Assembly: GCA_030704615.1 (NCBI GenBank)
Contig: CM060732.1
Location: 15,314,001-15,378,000 of the forward strand
From: Takakia lepidozioides
Lineage: Eukaryota; Plantae; Bryophyta
DNA: 64,000 nucleotides
Direction: 5' to 3'
Shown here: positions 50,301 to 63,760 of the stretch, piece after piece
How the letters are laid out: every line of letters starts with the position of its first letter
Position numbering within the stretch: position 1 is the stretch's first letter
Notes under the pieces: model-generated
Databases searched by the model: none
What the model was told of the DNA's origin: nothing
What the model saw: only the letters and a program-made list of their open reading frames with translations
Position numbers and translations under genes: made by a program

Positions 50301-51556
50301 TGTCACGGTGAAGTATTTTGCCACGCAGCCTAAGTTGTCTCCAAAACAAATTTACACTTTGGCACTGTTCGACGTGGATATCCAGTACAAACCGGGACGG
50401 GACAATGTGGTGGCCGTGCTTTAAGTAGGAAGCAGCAGCTCATGATGGTGTACAGGGGCGAGACGGCGCTCCAAAGGAAGATTCGGAAGGCTTACCGGAA
50501 GGATGAGATGGCGAAGTCCGTGACGCGGGACTTGAGGATGGGGGTTAAATCGCAGTTCCACTTGCAAAATGGACTGCTCCGGTATAAGCAAAAACGTCTC
50601 TATGTGCCGATGGGAGGGATCAGAGATAGTCTCTTGAGAGAATGTCATGATGGCCCGCTTGCGGGCCACGGCGGAGCCAAGCGCACCGCGGCACTCCTGA
50701 AGAAAGAGTATTTCTAGCCCAAACTGAGGGAGGAGGCCGAGGAGTATGTCAAGACATGCACCACATGCCAACAAAACCGGAGCGAGTACAAAAAGCAAGC
50801 AGGGCTGTTACAACCCTTGCCGATTCCAGAGGGGTCTTGGGAAAGTGTCTCGATGGACTTCATGACTGCTATGCCGCTGTCAAAAGGATTCGACGCAATC
50901 ATGGTGGTGGTGGATTGGTTCAGTAAAATGGGTCATTTCATCCCCACCAAGGAGACGGCAACGGCGCAGGAGACGGGGCGACTTTACTTCGTCCACGTCT
51001 TCAAGCATCATGGACTCCCGAAGGATATTGTCTCGGACCGCGATCCAAAGTTTACTAGTAAATTTTGGAGGGTACTTTGGAAGAAAATGGGGACGAGGCT
51101 CAAAATGAGCACCGCCTTCCGACCTACGACGGACAGCGAAACGGAAAGGGTGAATTTCGTGGTGAAGCAGATCTTGCGGAATTACGTGTCGGCAGACCAA
51201 TCGGACTGGGTGGAGCACTTGGATGCGGTAGAGTTCTGTTATAATAACACAGAACATTCCGCAACATGAGTTTCCCCTTTCGTATTGGTCTATGGAAAAG
51301 CACCTCTGGTGCCGACAAGTTGGGCAGCCCAAGACGTTGAGGAACCGGCAGTAGCGGCAGTGCTGGAAGAACGCGAGCGTTTGTTGAAGCTCGCAAAATA
51401 CAACATTGCCAAAGCTAGGAAACGGTGTGAACGGCAGGCGAATCGGAAGCGGAGGGAGGTTAAGTTTGAGGCAGGCACGGAGGTCTGGTTGAACATCAAA
51501 AAATTTCGACTACCTCCGGAAGTGAGTCCGAAGTTCGTACCTCCATATGCGGGACC
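47376..51556 (+). mobile_element. Gypsy family 1 gag-pol (Gag, PR, RT, RNase H, IN), 3'-truncated, disrupted after RT
   Basis: ATG 47376, open to 49934 (CCHC knuckle, VDTGAS, YIDD); then HTDASD, SMDF, SDRD and PYAGP with stops and frameshifts; no 3' LTR. Confidence 0.93.
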
Positions 51557-54500
51557 CACTGTGGCGATGATCTTGATGCACATAGCTCCCGCCATCTTCA
51601 CAAGATGGTGTATCCCAACTACCGCAAATTTCTTCCTATGAGCCATCAATGGAGAAGAAGAGAGAAACACCTATTTGATGGCAAAGAGGAAGTACGTCCC
51701 CCCCCCTATGACACCGTCCGGGCAGTTTTGGGAGGACCGATGGAAGGAGGCCCATGCGGGCACGGACGGTGAAGTGAACGTGCCCGGCATGAAACGACTT
51801 TCAATCTTCTACGAGCTGCCATATTGGGCGGTACATATTCCACAAAAACACCGTCAATATCTCTATGCATGTATGTGATATTGCACATTTGGTATGCGTT
51901 GCATTGTCACTTTCACGTAAAATTTTTTTGTAAGTCTTTGTGGGTGGGGATATATGTAGGACCTGAAGATTCGCCATCTTCTAGATCCCATGCATATTGA
52001 GAAGAATGTCTGCTTGTCCCTTTTTTGGGTTCTTCATGGCACGTCGGCAAAGAAGGGAGTGGCTGCAAAAGGAGATTCTCTCGGTGTTAGAAAGGAGCTT
52101 GAGGAGCAGGGTCGCATGCGCCATCTATGGGCCGAACAAAATGGTGTGGACCCAAAGGGTGTTGTACGATGGAAGTATAGGCGCGCACCTTGGCAATGGA
52201 CAAAGGAGGAATACAAGAAAGTGATAGCCACCATAAGTGTTGTCCGAACACCAACTGGTTATGGGTCATCCCTCCGTACGAAGTTCAGCGAAGAAGACGG
52301 GGTCCATGGTTTGAAGTCTCATGACTACCACAATCTATTGCAAGACATCTTGCCCATTGCAGTACGTGGGACATTGACTCCCGAGGTTCGTGAGACAATC
52401 TATAGATTGGGAGGCTTGTTCCGGTGGATTTGCTCCAAAGAGTTGGAAGAAGCAGATTTTCCACGCATGAAGAAGGAGGCGGCGGAGGTAATGTGTATGT
52501 TGGAGATGCACCTTCCTCCCTCTTTCTTTGACATCCAAGTGCACTTGGTAGTGCACTTAGTGGAAGAGGCTTTGATTGCCGGCCCCGTTCATTCTCGGTG
52601 GATGTACTTCCTTGAGCGTTACATAAAAACTTTGAAAGGATTTGTAAGACAAATGGCGCACCTGGAGGGTAGCATGGCGGAGGGGTATACGTTGCAAGAA
52701 GCTATATTCTATTGCATGGAGTACATGGCAAGGGTGGATGAGGAAGCCTCTCGGATGTAAAAGGAAGAGGGATGCACGAACCAAGGACATCGTTTTGCCC
52801 AAAAAATCGAAGAGGGTAAAATTGCCGACCTTGGTGATTGAGCAAGCGCATGACTTCATACTGAAGAACACCCCATCCATACATGAGTGGGAGGCAAGAT
52901 ACAATAATCTTGTTCAGCAACGAGAGGAGGAGATGCTTGCATGGAGGCGGAACCATCCAAGGCCGGTTACTAGACGCCCACGACGAGGAGTGGGCCGCCG
53001 GAATGTTCCTTCACAAAATTTGCCCATGGAATTGCAGCCTCTAAGTTCATTCCAACAGTGGCTTCGGACTTCAGTTTATGACGTCGTTGCTCAAAGAGAG
53101 GTGGTTTCAGATTTGGTGCAAGACATTGCAAGGGGCCACTCTCAATTCGCGACCTCATACAAGGCGGTTTGGGTTCACGGTCGTCATTTCTGCATTCGTG
53201 CTCTTGACATGAAGCACAAAACAACCTTTGATTATGGCTTGTGTGCCACATATTGGCAAGACTCCGTGTGGGGCAAGGGAGATACACGACATGCTATGAG
53301 CAAACTTGAGTACATTGGAGAGCTTGAGAGCATACTCCAACTTCAGTATATACAAGGTACCGGCCTCTTCTCTTCAAGGGAAGGTGGTTCCAGCCACATC
53401 TTGTGGGGCCCTCCGCAACACTAGTGCAAGATGATTGTGGTTTCATGCGCGTCAATGCAGATAGGCTCAACCCTACTCATCGTCCCTCCGATGAGCCTTT
53501 TTCACGGCCTTCAGACATGGAGCAAGTTTTATTCTCCAATGACAAAACAAGAGGGGGGAATTGGAAGGTGGTTGTGCATGCTCGAAGAGGAAGACGTATC
53601 TATCATGGTCTCGGATCTCCATGGGGAGAGGCAATTGCGGTGGACGGAGAGACTGGTCATAATGATGCTGATGATGGAGGTTGGGTAGAGGGGACGCCCC
53701 GGACAATGCATCCTGGACCCTATATGATGAAGCTCTAGAAGATACGGATGTTGGACAAGGAGACGAAGACACGGCCATTGACAACGAGGTGGAGGATGAT
53801 TCGGAGGTGCCTTTTGAGGGCCGGACCATTTATGACGATGACTCCGATGACCAAGAAGACTTGCAGCTTGATGAGGTGAAGAGGCTCCGGATGATGATGT
53901 TCAAGTTGATTAGACACAAAATCAAAGCTACATAACAATTCTTGCACCGAACTGGACCCATCCCTTCGATTGATTGTACATGTACATGCATATTGTACTT
54001 TATTTCTATGATTCATCAAATATGACTGTGGCTGGTAGTCTTTCAAGAAAGAAGGCAGAGGCAATGAATATGTTGGAGCAACACATACAGATGTGGTATC
54101 AAGAGAATTATCAAAATGAATGTCACAATCTACAAGAAAGTCCACAACAACAAGCTAAACCATAAAGAAAAACAAACACCCTACCCCAGTACCATATGAA
54201 AAAAAAAAAAAAAAAAAAAAAAAAACTAAGAACCCCCAAAGGCCCTAAACCTAAACCTAGAAAGCCCTGCCGTCGCTGCCTACGACCCCCACGCGTCGCC
54301 CCTTGCGACGCGGTTTTTAGGCCGGGGGTCGCAAATAGCGACGGCCAACCGTCGTCATCTGTGACCTGTTTTTTTGAATGGATTTATGAGGCCTGGGGTC
54401 GCACACGGCGACGGCCAGCCGTCGCAAACTGTGACCCGTTTTTATTTTTTGCAAGAATAGGGTAGCCGGGCAGTTTGCGACGCCCGGCCGTCGCAGGGGC

Positions 54501-54838
54501 CTTTTGCCCTCCATGCCACCATGCGATGGCCTGGCGTCGCAAGAAAGGGCTACGATGAAAGAAATGACAAGAAATGGTTTTTTTTTTTCCGGCGTGCGAC
54601 GAGAAAGGGCTGCCTTCTACCCTTCGCTGGGGGCAACGCTTGGGCGTCGCACGGAAGGGCTGTCATTTGCCCTTCATCACTCCGTGCGACGGCCAGGTGG
54701 CGACCCGCGGGGTTTTGCTGCGACGGCCCGGCGTCGCAAACACGCTCCGCGGGGTTGGCGTCACACGCTCGGCGCCGCGCGGGGCATGGGGGCGCGGCTG
54801 GCGTCGCAAACCCCCCCCCCCCCCCATTTGCTGTAGTG
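51557..54838 (+). mobile_element. 3' part of a second CACTA element: TnpD C-terminus, GCGACG/CGTCGC subterminal repeats (54270-54810), CACTA terminus
   Basis: LPYWA|DL..LDPMHIEKN with intron 51831-51959; LKSHDYH; RWMYFLER. Ends TTTGCTGTAGTG (reverse complement CACTACAGCAAA) at 54838. Confidence 0.9.
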
Positions 54839-54911
54839 TCGGCACAGCGCAAACACACGATTAATCCAATTTACCTCTCCCACTTTTCTAAGCTAGCATG
54901 CATTCTACACA

Positions 54912-56083
54912 CTAGCCAACCAGACCTCCGTGCCTGCCTCAAACTTAACTTCCGTCCGCTTCCGATTTGCCTGCCGTTCATACCATTTTCTAGCTTTGGC
55001 AATGTTGTACTTTGCGAGCTCCAACAAACGCTCGCATTCTTCCAGCACCGTTGCTGCTGCCGGTTCCTCAACATCCTGGGCGGCCCAACCTGTCGGCACC
55101 AAAGGTGCTTTTCCATAGACCAATACGAAAGTGGAAACTCCCGTTGCGGAGTGTTTCGTGTTATTATAACAAAACTCTGCTGCATCCAAGTGCTCCACCC
55201 AGTCTGATTGGTCTGCCGACACAGAATTCCGCAAGATCTGCTTCACCACGGAATTCACTCTTTCCGTTTGGCCGTCCGTCGTAGGTCGGAAGGCGGTGCT
55301 CATCTTGAGCCTCATCCCCATTTTCTTCCAAAGTGCTCTCCAAAATTTACTTGTAAGCTTTGGATCGCGGTCCGAGACAATATCCTTCGGGAGTCCATGA
55401 TGCTGCCTAAGTTGTCCCCAAAACAACTTAGGTGGCAAGACACTTTGGCAATGTTCGATGTGGATATCCAGTACAAACCGGGACGGGACAATGTGGTGGC
55501 CGATGCTTTAAGTAGAAAGCAGCAGCTCATGTTGGTGTACAAGGGCGAGACGGCGCTCCAAAGGAAGATCCGGAAGGCTTACCGGAAGGATGAGATGGCG
55601 AAGTCCGTGATGCAGGACTTGAGGATGGGAGTTAAATCACAGTTCCACTTGCACAATGGACTGCTCCGGTACAAGCAAAAGCGCCTCTATGTGCCGAAGG
55701 GAGGGATCAAAGATAGTCTCTTGAGAGAATGCCACGATGGCCCGCTTGCGGGCCACGGCGAGTATGTCAAGACATGCACCACATGCCAACAAAACCGGAG
55801 CGAGTACAAAAAGCAAGCGGGGCTGTTACAACCCTTGCCGATTCCAAAGGGGTCTTGGGAAAGTGTCTCGATGGATTTCATGACTGTTAATGCCGCTGTC
55901 AAAAGGATTCGATGCAATCATGGTGGTGGTGGATAGGTTCAGTAAAATGGGCCATTTCATTCCCACCAAAGAGACGGCAACGGCGCAGGAGACGAGGCGA
56001 CTTTACTTCGCCCACGTCTTCGTGGCAAAATACTTCACCGTGACATTGTCCGTGAACACCTTCACCGGGTTGGAACCAACATA
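54912..56083 (-). mobile_element. Gypsy family 1 RNase H / integrase fragment with an internal inversion (~55405-56020)
   Basis: Pieces match ~50262-51490; the middle segment is in the opposite orientation. Confidence 0.85.
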
Positions 56084-56190
56084 GGAAGTTTACTATTTCA
56101 TGAGCAGAAACTATGAGCCATGAGCCATGAGCCGCATGAGCCGCATGAGCGGTGAGACGAAGTCTAAGACACGCGGATTTCATGAGCGGA
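56084..56190 (+). mobile_element. Putative 3' terminus of MULE-like copy 3: ...CTATTTCATGAGC + CATGAGC repeats
   Basis: Shares CTATTTCATGAGC and the heptamer repeats with the terminus at 29325. Confidence 0.65.
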
Positions 56191-56936
56191 CTCCTCCAAA
56201 TGGGAAATGCGGCAGATTAAACAAGTATTAAAATAATAGTTTTTAATTTGACCTTGCCTTTTTTGGAAGTTCCAGATCCTGTAATGCGACGAAGATATGT
56301 CGTCAGTAACAAGTCCGCTCATGGTTTTTTAGATCCGCTCATGGAAATGAGTGACCGTGCAACGAGAAATCCAGTATACCACGGCAAAAGGGCGTCGCAT
56401 ACTGGCCTGTATAGAGTATTCCGCGGTTTTACATGCCTTAACATTGGAATGAAGCTGACCCTTTTGCCGCGATTGAACCAATAGAGTGTGCACCAATAGA
56501 GTTTGCAGTACTTCACAATTCTGTCATCTTCGGGTATTTGGCTGGAAAGGTTTGCGACTCAACTGGGAAATGCGGTGCCGCATTAGGGTTCGCACGTGCG
56601 AAATTTCTGGGCGGTTTGGTGTTGGCGAAGGCCGCATCTACCAGTACCTTCAACGTTACTTGTAAATGTGGCGCCGCATTTCCTTGCCGAGGGTCGAATG
56701 AGGAAAGCAAAGGGTGGGAGAGCAGAAAAACAAGAACCCTCCAACACACAAAAATACATGCACGTGGAAACACAAGTGAATGACATAGTATTATCTTAGT
56801 TCGAGCAAAACAGGTTACTGGTAGGCAAGACATAAGTCGGACCTTTCTGTGGCCAGAGTCAGAGCTACTTGCAGCAGTACAGTTCTACTATCCGAAAAGG
56901 ATGGGCGTACCATAGTGTTGGGACCGCAAGCCAAGG

Positions 56937-59900
56937 TCACTGGTCCCCTGGATCCATATTCAGAAGAGTGTGCACCTCTTGGGGGCTCAACCCTGGTGCA
57001 TGTATGAAGTGATGAGTTGTAGAATTACACTGGAGTCTCTTTAGGTACACGTAGTACAGATGCTTGCAAGGGCAGTATGATGCCCCCTTGTTCGCCATGA
57101 TCTGGAAGTCGGTGCAATTGCAGGTGGGTAATTCTGAAATGGTGATGGTGTACACCTCATTGCGAACAGCTGAGCCTGCCATGGCCATCTGATACACACG
57201 CCCGAAGCCTGGTGGGGGCACTTTTGTCGAGCTCTGGATTGTACAATTCATCCGAAGTGCATTCCCCATCCTTGTCTCGTTCACTTTTGAGGGAGGTCGC
57301 CGCCTCTTCGGTTTCCCCCAACGGTGTGTAGGATGCTTAGAGCTGTTGCGTCCCACTGTTCTTGCTCTCACAGGGGTCGGTGGTGGAGGCTGTGGAAGCG
57401 GAAATGGTTGTCTGGGGACGTTAGTGCGCTGCACCATCCGAAATCCTGCGGCAGTAAGGGCGTCGGCCTCAACCTGACTCAGATCGCAGCCTGGTTCCAC
57501 CGGCCACACCGGGGGAGCCTCTGGCATTGTTTGTATGCCGTACTTGGGCTTTCCATACACGCAAGTCATAATGTCGTGCCTGCAGAACCAGAACTGGGTG
57601 GTTGTCGCCTCTTCAAACTTTGCATGGACAAATCTTCCTGTAAAAGTACGAGTAGGGACAGCCCCACTGGATTCCTCCTTATCATCTCTAAACAATGTTG
57701 CCGTGTATCCACTCGAATTGCAGAACACCTGCCTCGAAACGACGGCTTTGTGCGAGCAATTCTCCACTGTGACGCAGACATAGTTGTCTCCACAATGGCT
57801 TGGCCATACTGCATAACAGCGGGCGGAATCTAGGGCAAGCGAGTGGTGGGAATTTCTCGCATGGAATCCCCGCTTGAAGGCGATGGCGATCTGGAATTTC
57901 TTGGGCTTCCACTGCTGGAAGACACATTGTGCGGCAACATGACGGGACCTCGAGGTGCTGTCAAATGTTCCTGTCAGATCTCCAGGAATCCTCTTCGCAC
58001 CCGGGTTCCTCTTCAATCCTCCGCCTCACAGGGCGAGTATGGACGTCCCCCTCTAGGTGTTCACCTCTGCGGTGCAAAGGCGTCCCTTTGATCTTCTCTC
58101 GCAATGATGTCGCCCATTTCAGTGGATTCTTCGACCTTGAAGCTGTTTGTACCAACAATTCCTCCCTGTTCGGCCCAAAGCCCCATTGTTTTCTGCTCAG
58201 GAACTTGTAGTACGTGGCTTGCTGCATGATTGCTCTGTCGATGTCCTCCGTTGTGGCCGTCACTACGTCCACCAGATGTGCGGCAGAAGACGCTCGCCAA
58301 GAGGAGTGGACTGATTCTGCCATATTCGTGTTCGACACGTCCGTGTTGGAATCCAAGCACCACTCCTACAAGGACACAAACAATGGTGAGGGACCAATGG
58401 AAAGGTCCGTAATAGAAAAACAATTGCACAAAAATAACAGCATCATACCTCCCGCATGTACTGTTTTTCTGTCAATACCGGAAATACCACCACCCCAACC
58501 AGCTGTGCAAGGCTCCCAGATTGGTTGTCTCCACTGCACCTGACGTGTTCCACCAAGCCTCGATGATAGCAAACTTAACCTCCGCGTCATCAAATGTGGG
58601 TGCATCCTTCCACGCCGTACAAAGGACACGGTGTTCAGCCTGGAATGAGCTAGCAACAAATTTGGTAGTGTAGTGAGATAGACTCTGCATCCAATGGAAT
58701 CCACAGGATCTCTCTTTCCCCTCCATTGGAACATTGGGGTCCTCACCGTACACACGCCGCACCGCTGCCCAGTTGGCCTGAGCGTTGTCTGCCATGAATC
58801 CCCTGAAATTGGGCTTTGCCAATCCCGCCCTTGCCATCTGCTCGTTTATGCCCTCCCACAGATGCATCTCCGACTGTGTGTCCTCCCCTTTCATGTCGCA
58901 GATTGCAATCGTCATGAGCCTCTTGGAGTGATAGTCATAAACATGCGCATCCATAGTCACCCACTGATGGTTTAAAATTCGCTTGATGTGATCAAACATC
59001 ACCCAAGCATTCGACAAGTTTCCAGTTGTCTTGCGAGTGACCAAGTCGACTCCACTCCTAGGCACACGTCGACATTTTAAAAATGTAACAACGATCGGAT
59101 TCGCTGCCTTGCCCTGGAAACCTGCTACCTTGGATGTAGTCATATCTAGTCATTCGATTCACCTCCAGGATTGAGTGCATGTCCGACCCCCGGCTGAACT
59201 CCTGCTTGCAAGATACGATGTGATTCCGCACATTTGGACTACAAACGTGCGAGACGGACTCCAACAGGTCAAGCATCTCCTCTTCGTTCAAGGGCACTCG
59301 GTCTGAACCATCTTTAGACATGATTTTGTCAAGAGCAATCTTGTGGGCTGCCTTCAGCTGAATCTGCTTTGGTCTGGCTCCGGGGCTCAATTTCACCTCC
59401 TCTTTTATGATGTCATGTGCTTCCTGCACAGCCTCACACATGTTGCCTCTCGCCAAGGGGTGGCAGTGGACCCCAACGTGTATGCAAGCTCTAGTCAAGT
59501 CCGGGAGAAAATGGATTACGTAATATTGCTTGGTTCTGCACATGGACATGCACGTCGGTGGTTCTTTGCAATGTGCGCACTTGAAAGTACCCACAAGAGC
59601 TTGGCTGGAGACAATGAATGGATGATGGGTTGTGCCAGTCCAATCCGTCTCGTTTCTCCGCCCTCCTTTGGAGAGAAAGTGGAAGTAGGCGGGATTGAGG
59701 CACCTTAGCTTCCCCGCACAGAGGACGTATCGTACACGAACACCATCAGCAATTTTCGTGCTACTGGTCTTTGTCACACACCAGGGGTGTCCGTCATGCT
59801 TTCGATCCATGTCTGTTAACATCCCCGAGGCTTTGTTTGACGAAGTAACAGGTGGAAACTCGAAGATGACATTGCCATCGACTTTAAGAGGCAGATACGT

Positions 59901-60513
59901 TACCTTCTTGACTGGAAATTTGACATAGTCGAGAGCAGCCAGCTCGGAGCGAGAACCATCGAGGTGATGTTGTCATAGGAGCTGCACAATGGACCAGGTT
60001 GGAGTTGTGCTCGAGGGTACATGCGTAGCACCTGCAGAGACGTCCATGTCAGATTTGAACGACCGTGTGGAGGACATGGGGACCTCAATGCACTCATCTT
60101 CCTCGTCGGAAATGTCGAATACGTCCACACGAGAAGCTATGGAGGGTCTTGATGGTCCAGGTCGGGAATGATTATCGTTGCATACCTCTCTGTTGGCAGT
60201 GGCCGCCTGTCGGTTTCCCGACTCCTTTGTGGATGGTGTGGGCAGCGACTGATTCGGAAAGGGAATGGGCATTCCCACAGCTCGGTACATGATGGTGTCT
60301 GATGGGGGTACATGCCATTTGATTCCGCAACCTCCGTCGTTACCTAGCACGACAATGGTCTAGTCAACCTGTCCAAGAACATCATTCATTTCTTCTTTCA
60401 AATAAACTGTGCCCAGTTTGAGCTTGAATTTGGAACAAAGGTAAGTTTCAGTCACTCTGCAAAGTCCTCCCTCATTTGGGATCCAGGCTCTCCCAAGTTG
60501 CGGAGGACAGCAA
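56937..60513 (-). pseudogene. MULE-like transposase copy 3 (divergent subfamily), 5'-truncated by an LTR
   Basis: DGHPWCVTK..CAGKLRC..HVGVHCHP; MFDHIKR; FMADNAQAN; CGFHW; NTNMAESVH; SWIM. Intron 58366-58448 at the same position as in copies 1 and 2. Confidence 0.85.
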
Positions 60514-61086
60514 TGTCGCGCACCTCACTTCGGCAAGCTCCCCCTCAAGTCATAGTTACTCGCTTGATGCGCGCGCCTAACTCCCAAACTGGCCACCGGG
60601 CCAACCCGGAGCTTCGGCTGCTCACCAACAGGCTTGCACCGTTCTCGGGTTACTACTCCCTATATATACTTCTGTGACTGTCCGCGGGGGTTTCACAAAC
60701 AACACCACCATTTTATGGCAAACCACCACGAAAACCCTCGATTCCCGGTGATGAGTCGCGATGAGTCTTGGCCCACCCACCACGGTCCCCTTGGACCGTG
60801 ATGAGTCCCAAGACTCCCCACGACTCCCACCACAAGGTCTCCGCCCCCATGGTGAGTCCTATGCCACCCCCACTAAGTCCCACTAAGCTACCACCACCCC
60901 TTGTGGAGCCACCCCCACCGCAACCCGGTGTGCGGGGCTCCACCTAGTGAGTGCCTCCGCCTCCTCGAGTGCTTTGGGCACTCGAGGTTGCTTCAGCCCC
61001 CCGTACCTATTGCTGCCACCGCCCCTACCACAGGGGCAGCCCCTCTGCGACCCGACCCCCTGCCCTCAAGGCAAAGGGCCGCGACA
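60514..61086 (-). mobile_element. Gypsy family 1 LTR with internal deletion, no TSD
   Basis: TGTCGCG...CGCGACA; ~150 bp missing near 60625. Confidence 0.9.
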
Positions 61087-61093
61087 CACACCC

Positions 61094-62582
61094 CTACCAA
61101 CAGGGAGTCGATGTCCTCATCGACTTGTCCATTCTGTAGAAACGAACATCCAAGTTGTGGCGTCCCACATCAAGGATACTGTTATTGGTATCGGAAATTG
61201 TATGCACACAGTGCTCAAACATGGTATGCACATTACCCCATGTGGTGAATCCAGTGTACTTCGACGTGAATACATCACACACAGTGTCGTGCCTTTGCAA
61301 ATTAGCATAGATGCTATCTACACTTCGATTCGACAAACGTGCTGCACGTTGGAGGGAGGACAACGCTTCTTCTCTCCGTGTTTCCCGCGATGCTAGATGA
61401 CCCGCCCATGTCACCCAATTCCGCCAATTCCCCTTCAACCATGGCCACGATCGGATTTGCATGGCATTTGTGTACCGATATGCAACAACCCTAGCTTGCT
61501 CGTGTTCCCCACAAGCTGCTCTAATTCCTGTTCTTGGGCCGATGTAATTTGCACGGCTGAACATTCCCCAGTTTCCACTATGGGGTCCTTCCCTTTTCTT
61601 GCCCTCTCCGCCGCAAGTCTTTCTTCCTCAACCCTCGCCGGGTCCTGTTCAGACATTTGCACTTCATTCCCATGCCCGATTGAGTCAACCCCGTCGATGA
61701 CGCAGTCAATGTCCATTGGTGGCATATTCAAACGCGCCAATATGTCTTGCTCGTTGGTGATTGGCCTCGGGTCCTGAAGCACACCGCGTACGCTGTCGAG
61801 AGTCCCCAACCCCATTCTTTCCAGCAACTTCGATAGTTGCCACCGTTGCAAATGAACAATGTCCTGTAGGTCTTTGATGTGCTGTTCATGTGCGGCCAAC
61901 TGTTCCTCCAACGGAGAGCGTACCTTGCCCCCCTCCACCTCAGACGTTGAAGGCCCGGCTGCGGAGACCTGTTGCGATGTATAATCTGGAGGTTGGTATG
62001 CATTTCCTCCTTCTTCCACATCGTCATTTTCATCCGCCTTTCCGCCTTCTTCCACCTCGTCGTTTCCATCGAACCGTATGATGTCCTGCCCCTGACGTAT
62101 ATACAAGTCTGGGATATCAGAGAACATGTATAGTCTAGTACACTGTCTCGCAGTGGCAGTTTGTCAATCCACCGGTCGCAATAAAATCAACTCTGTGTAC
62201 AACGTGGCCGCAAATAAATACGGGACCTTGTTGTTGACGAGCGGTTGACCCCACAATGTTGTATGTACCTCCTTTGCCCTATGGCGGAAATGCGGGTTGG
62301 CGCAGGAATGCAAGCTAGCTTGATTTTGTTTGGTTTGTGGATCATGCCTATCTCTGGGCCACAAACGATTTATGTGACACCAGTCCACAAATTTCCTGCA
62401 GTCACCAAGCGACCACCGCTGCCCCAACTTCCAAACTTCCCAACCTGGTTCCACAAGAATGTTGGGGTCATTGTATATGTCCAACGAAGTTCGCGCCTGG
62501 CCCCTTTTGGTTTTTTTCGGGGAGGTCCAGGTTCATTATCGTCATCCATGGGATGACCTCCTCTGTCTTCCTCCTCCGCCAT
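61094..62582 (-). pseudogene. Unknown, frameshifted, probably TE-borne protein gene
   Basis: ATG 62582, NLS-like PPRKKPK, Trp-rich domain, acidic and coiled-coil segments spread over several frames. Confidence 0.45.
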
Positions 62583-63014
62583 TTATGGCTTTGGCTTATC
62601 CCTACTTGATAGATGTTTGCTAAGAAAAACGCTCTCCCAACCCTCCTAAATCGTACCTAATCCTACTCCCTAATGAATCCTCCCCAAGTACTAGAGGCAC
62701 GTGTCACTCCCTCGGCAGCTTTAAGTGATATGACGCAATGTGCAATGAAAAAAATGTGGGTGCTAGAGGAGGGCTTCCCGGGAGGTACTCAGCATCGATT
62801 TCGTAGAATCCAACGGCCCAAAATACCCCCCACCCAACCAATAGCACCCCTCTCCACTTGGACTCAATGACAAGGAATGCAACATCCCATCGCCCACCAA
62901 GTCCTGGTGTGGAGAAAAGTGAGGGAGAGAATGGCCTCCAAGGCCTTATAAGCCCCCCCTCCACACTCGGGGCGCGCGCTGTCATCATGACTACGCACGC
63001 TAGTAATAGCTCCG

Positions 63015-63760
63015 ACCGCCAGCAGGGGTGGTCGCATATTCTTTTCTTTTCTTTATTATGTGCGACCACCAGCAGGGGGGTGGTCGCAAAATTTTTATTT
63101 TTTTTAATAGGTGCGACCACCAGCAGGGGGCTGGTCGCAGAATTTTTATTTTTTTTAATAGGTGCGACCACCAGCAGGGGGCTGGTCGCAGATTTGTTTA
63201 TGTTTTTTAACGGGTGCGACCACCAGCAGAGGGGTGGTCGCAGAGATTTTGTTTAAAACAAATAGGTGCGACCACCACCTGCTGGTGGTCGCACTATTTT
63301 CATTTTCTTTAATAGATGCGACCATCAGCAGGGGGGTGGTCGTAGGGGTGGTCGCATAATTTTTCGATTTTTTAATATCTACCAATAGTCAGTAGCTCAG
63401 TTGGTTAAGTGCACTGAGTGCGACCCGGACGATTTTGGGGTCAAATCTTGCTACTTGATGGGTGTGGTATGGTTCGTGTGTGGTGCCCCATTCCTACGCC
63501 TCTTGGCGCTTAAATGAAAGAGGTTATTTTCTCCTCTCACTACTAAGAGGTCTGATTTGTGAGCTGTCGCTCCCAGGTGTTTCCCAAAATAAAATAAAAT
63601 AAAATCTGCGACCACCAGCAGGGGTAATCAGTAAATCGGTAAATAGGTGCGACTACCAGCAGGGGGGTGGTCGCAACATTTTTCTTTTATTTTAACAGTT
63701 GCGACGACCGCTACTGGTGGTCACACAATTGTTTTTTTAAAAATAGGTGCGACCACCATG
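63015..63760. repeat. Hairpin repeats TGCGACCACC-AGCAGG-GGTGGTCGCA separated by T-rich spacers (probable CACTA-type subterminal repeats)
   Basis: About 10 copies, spaced ~50 bp in 63060-63360; GCGAC core shared with 54270-54810. Confidence 0.8.
63386..63455 (+). pseudogene. tRNA-derived remnant (Pol III A/B box-like)
   Basis: TAGCTCAGTTGGTTAAGTGCA (A box / D arm) and GGGTCAAATC (degenerate B box); no good acceptor stem. Confidence 0.4.

Noticed and set aside
54196-54465. Poly-Lys ORF
   Set aside because: Results from an A-run and GC-rich CACTA subterminal repeats.
63386-63455. Functional tRNA gene
   Set aside because: No paired acceptor or anticodon stems and a degenerate T loop.
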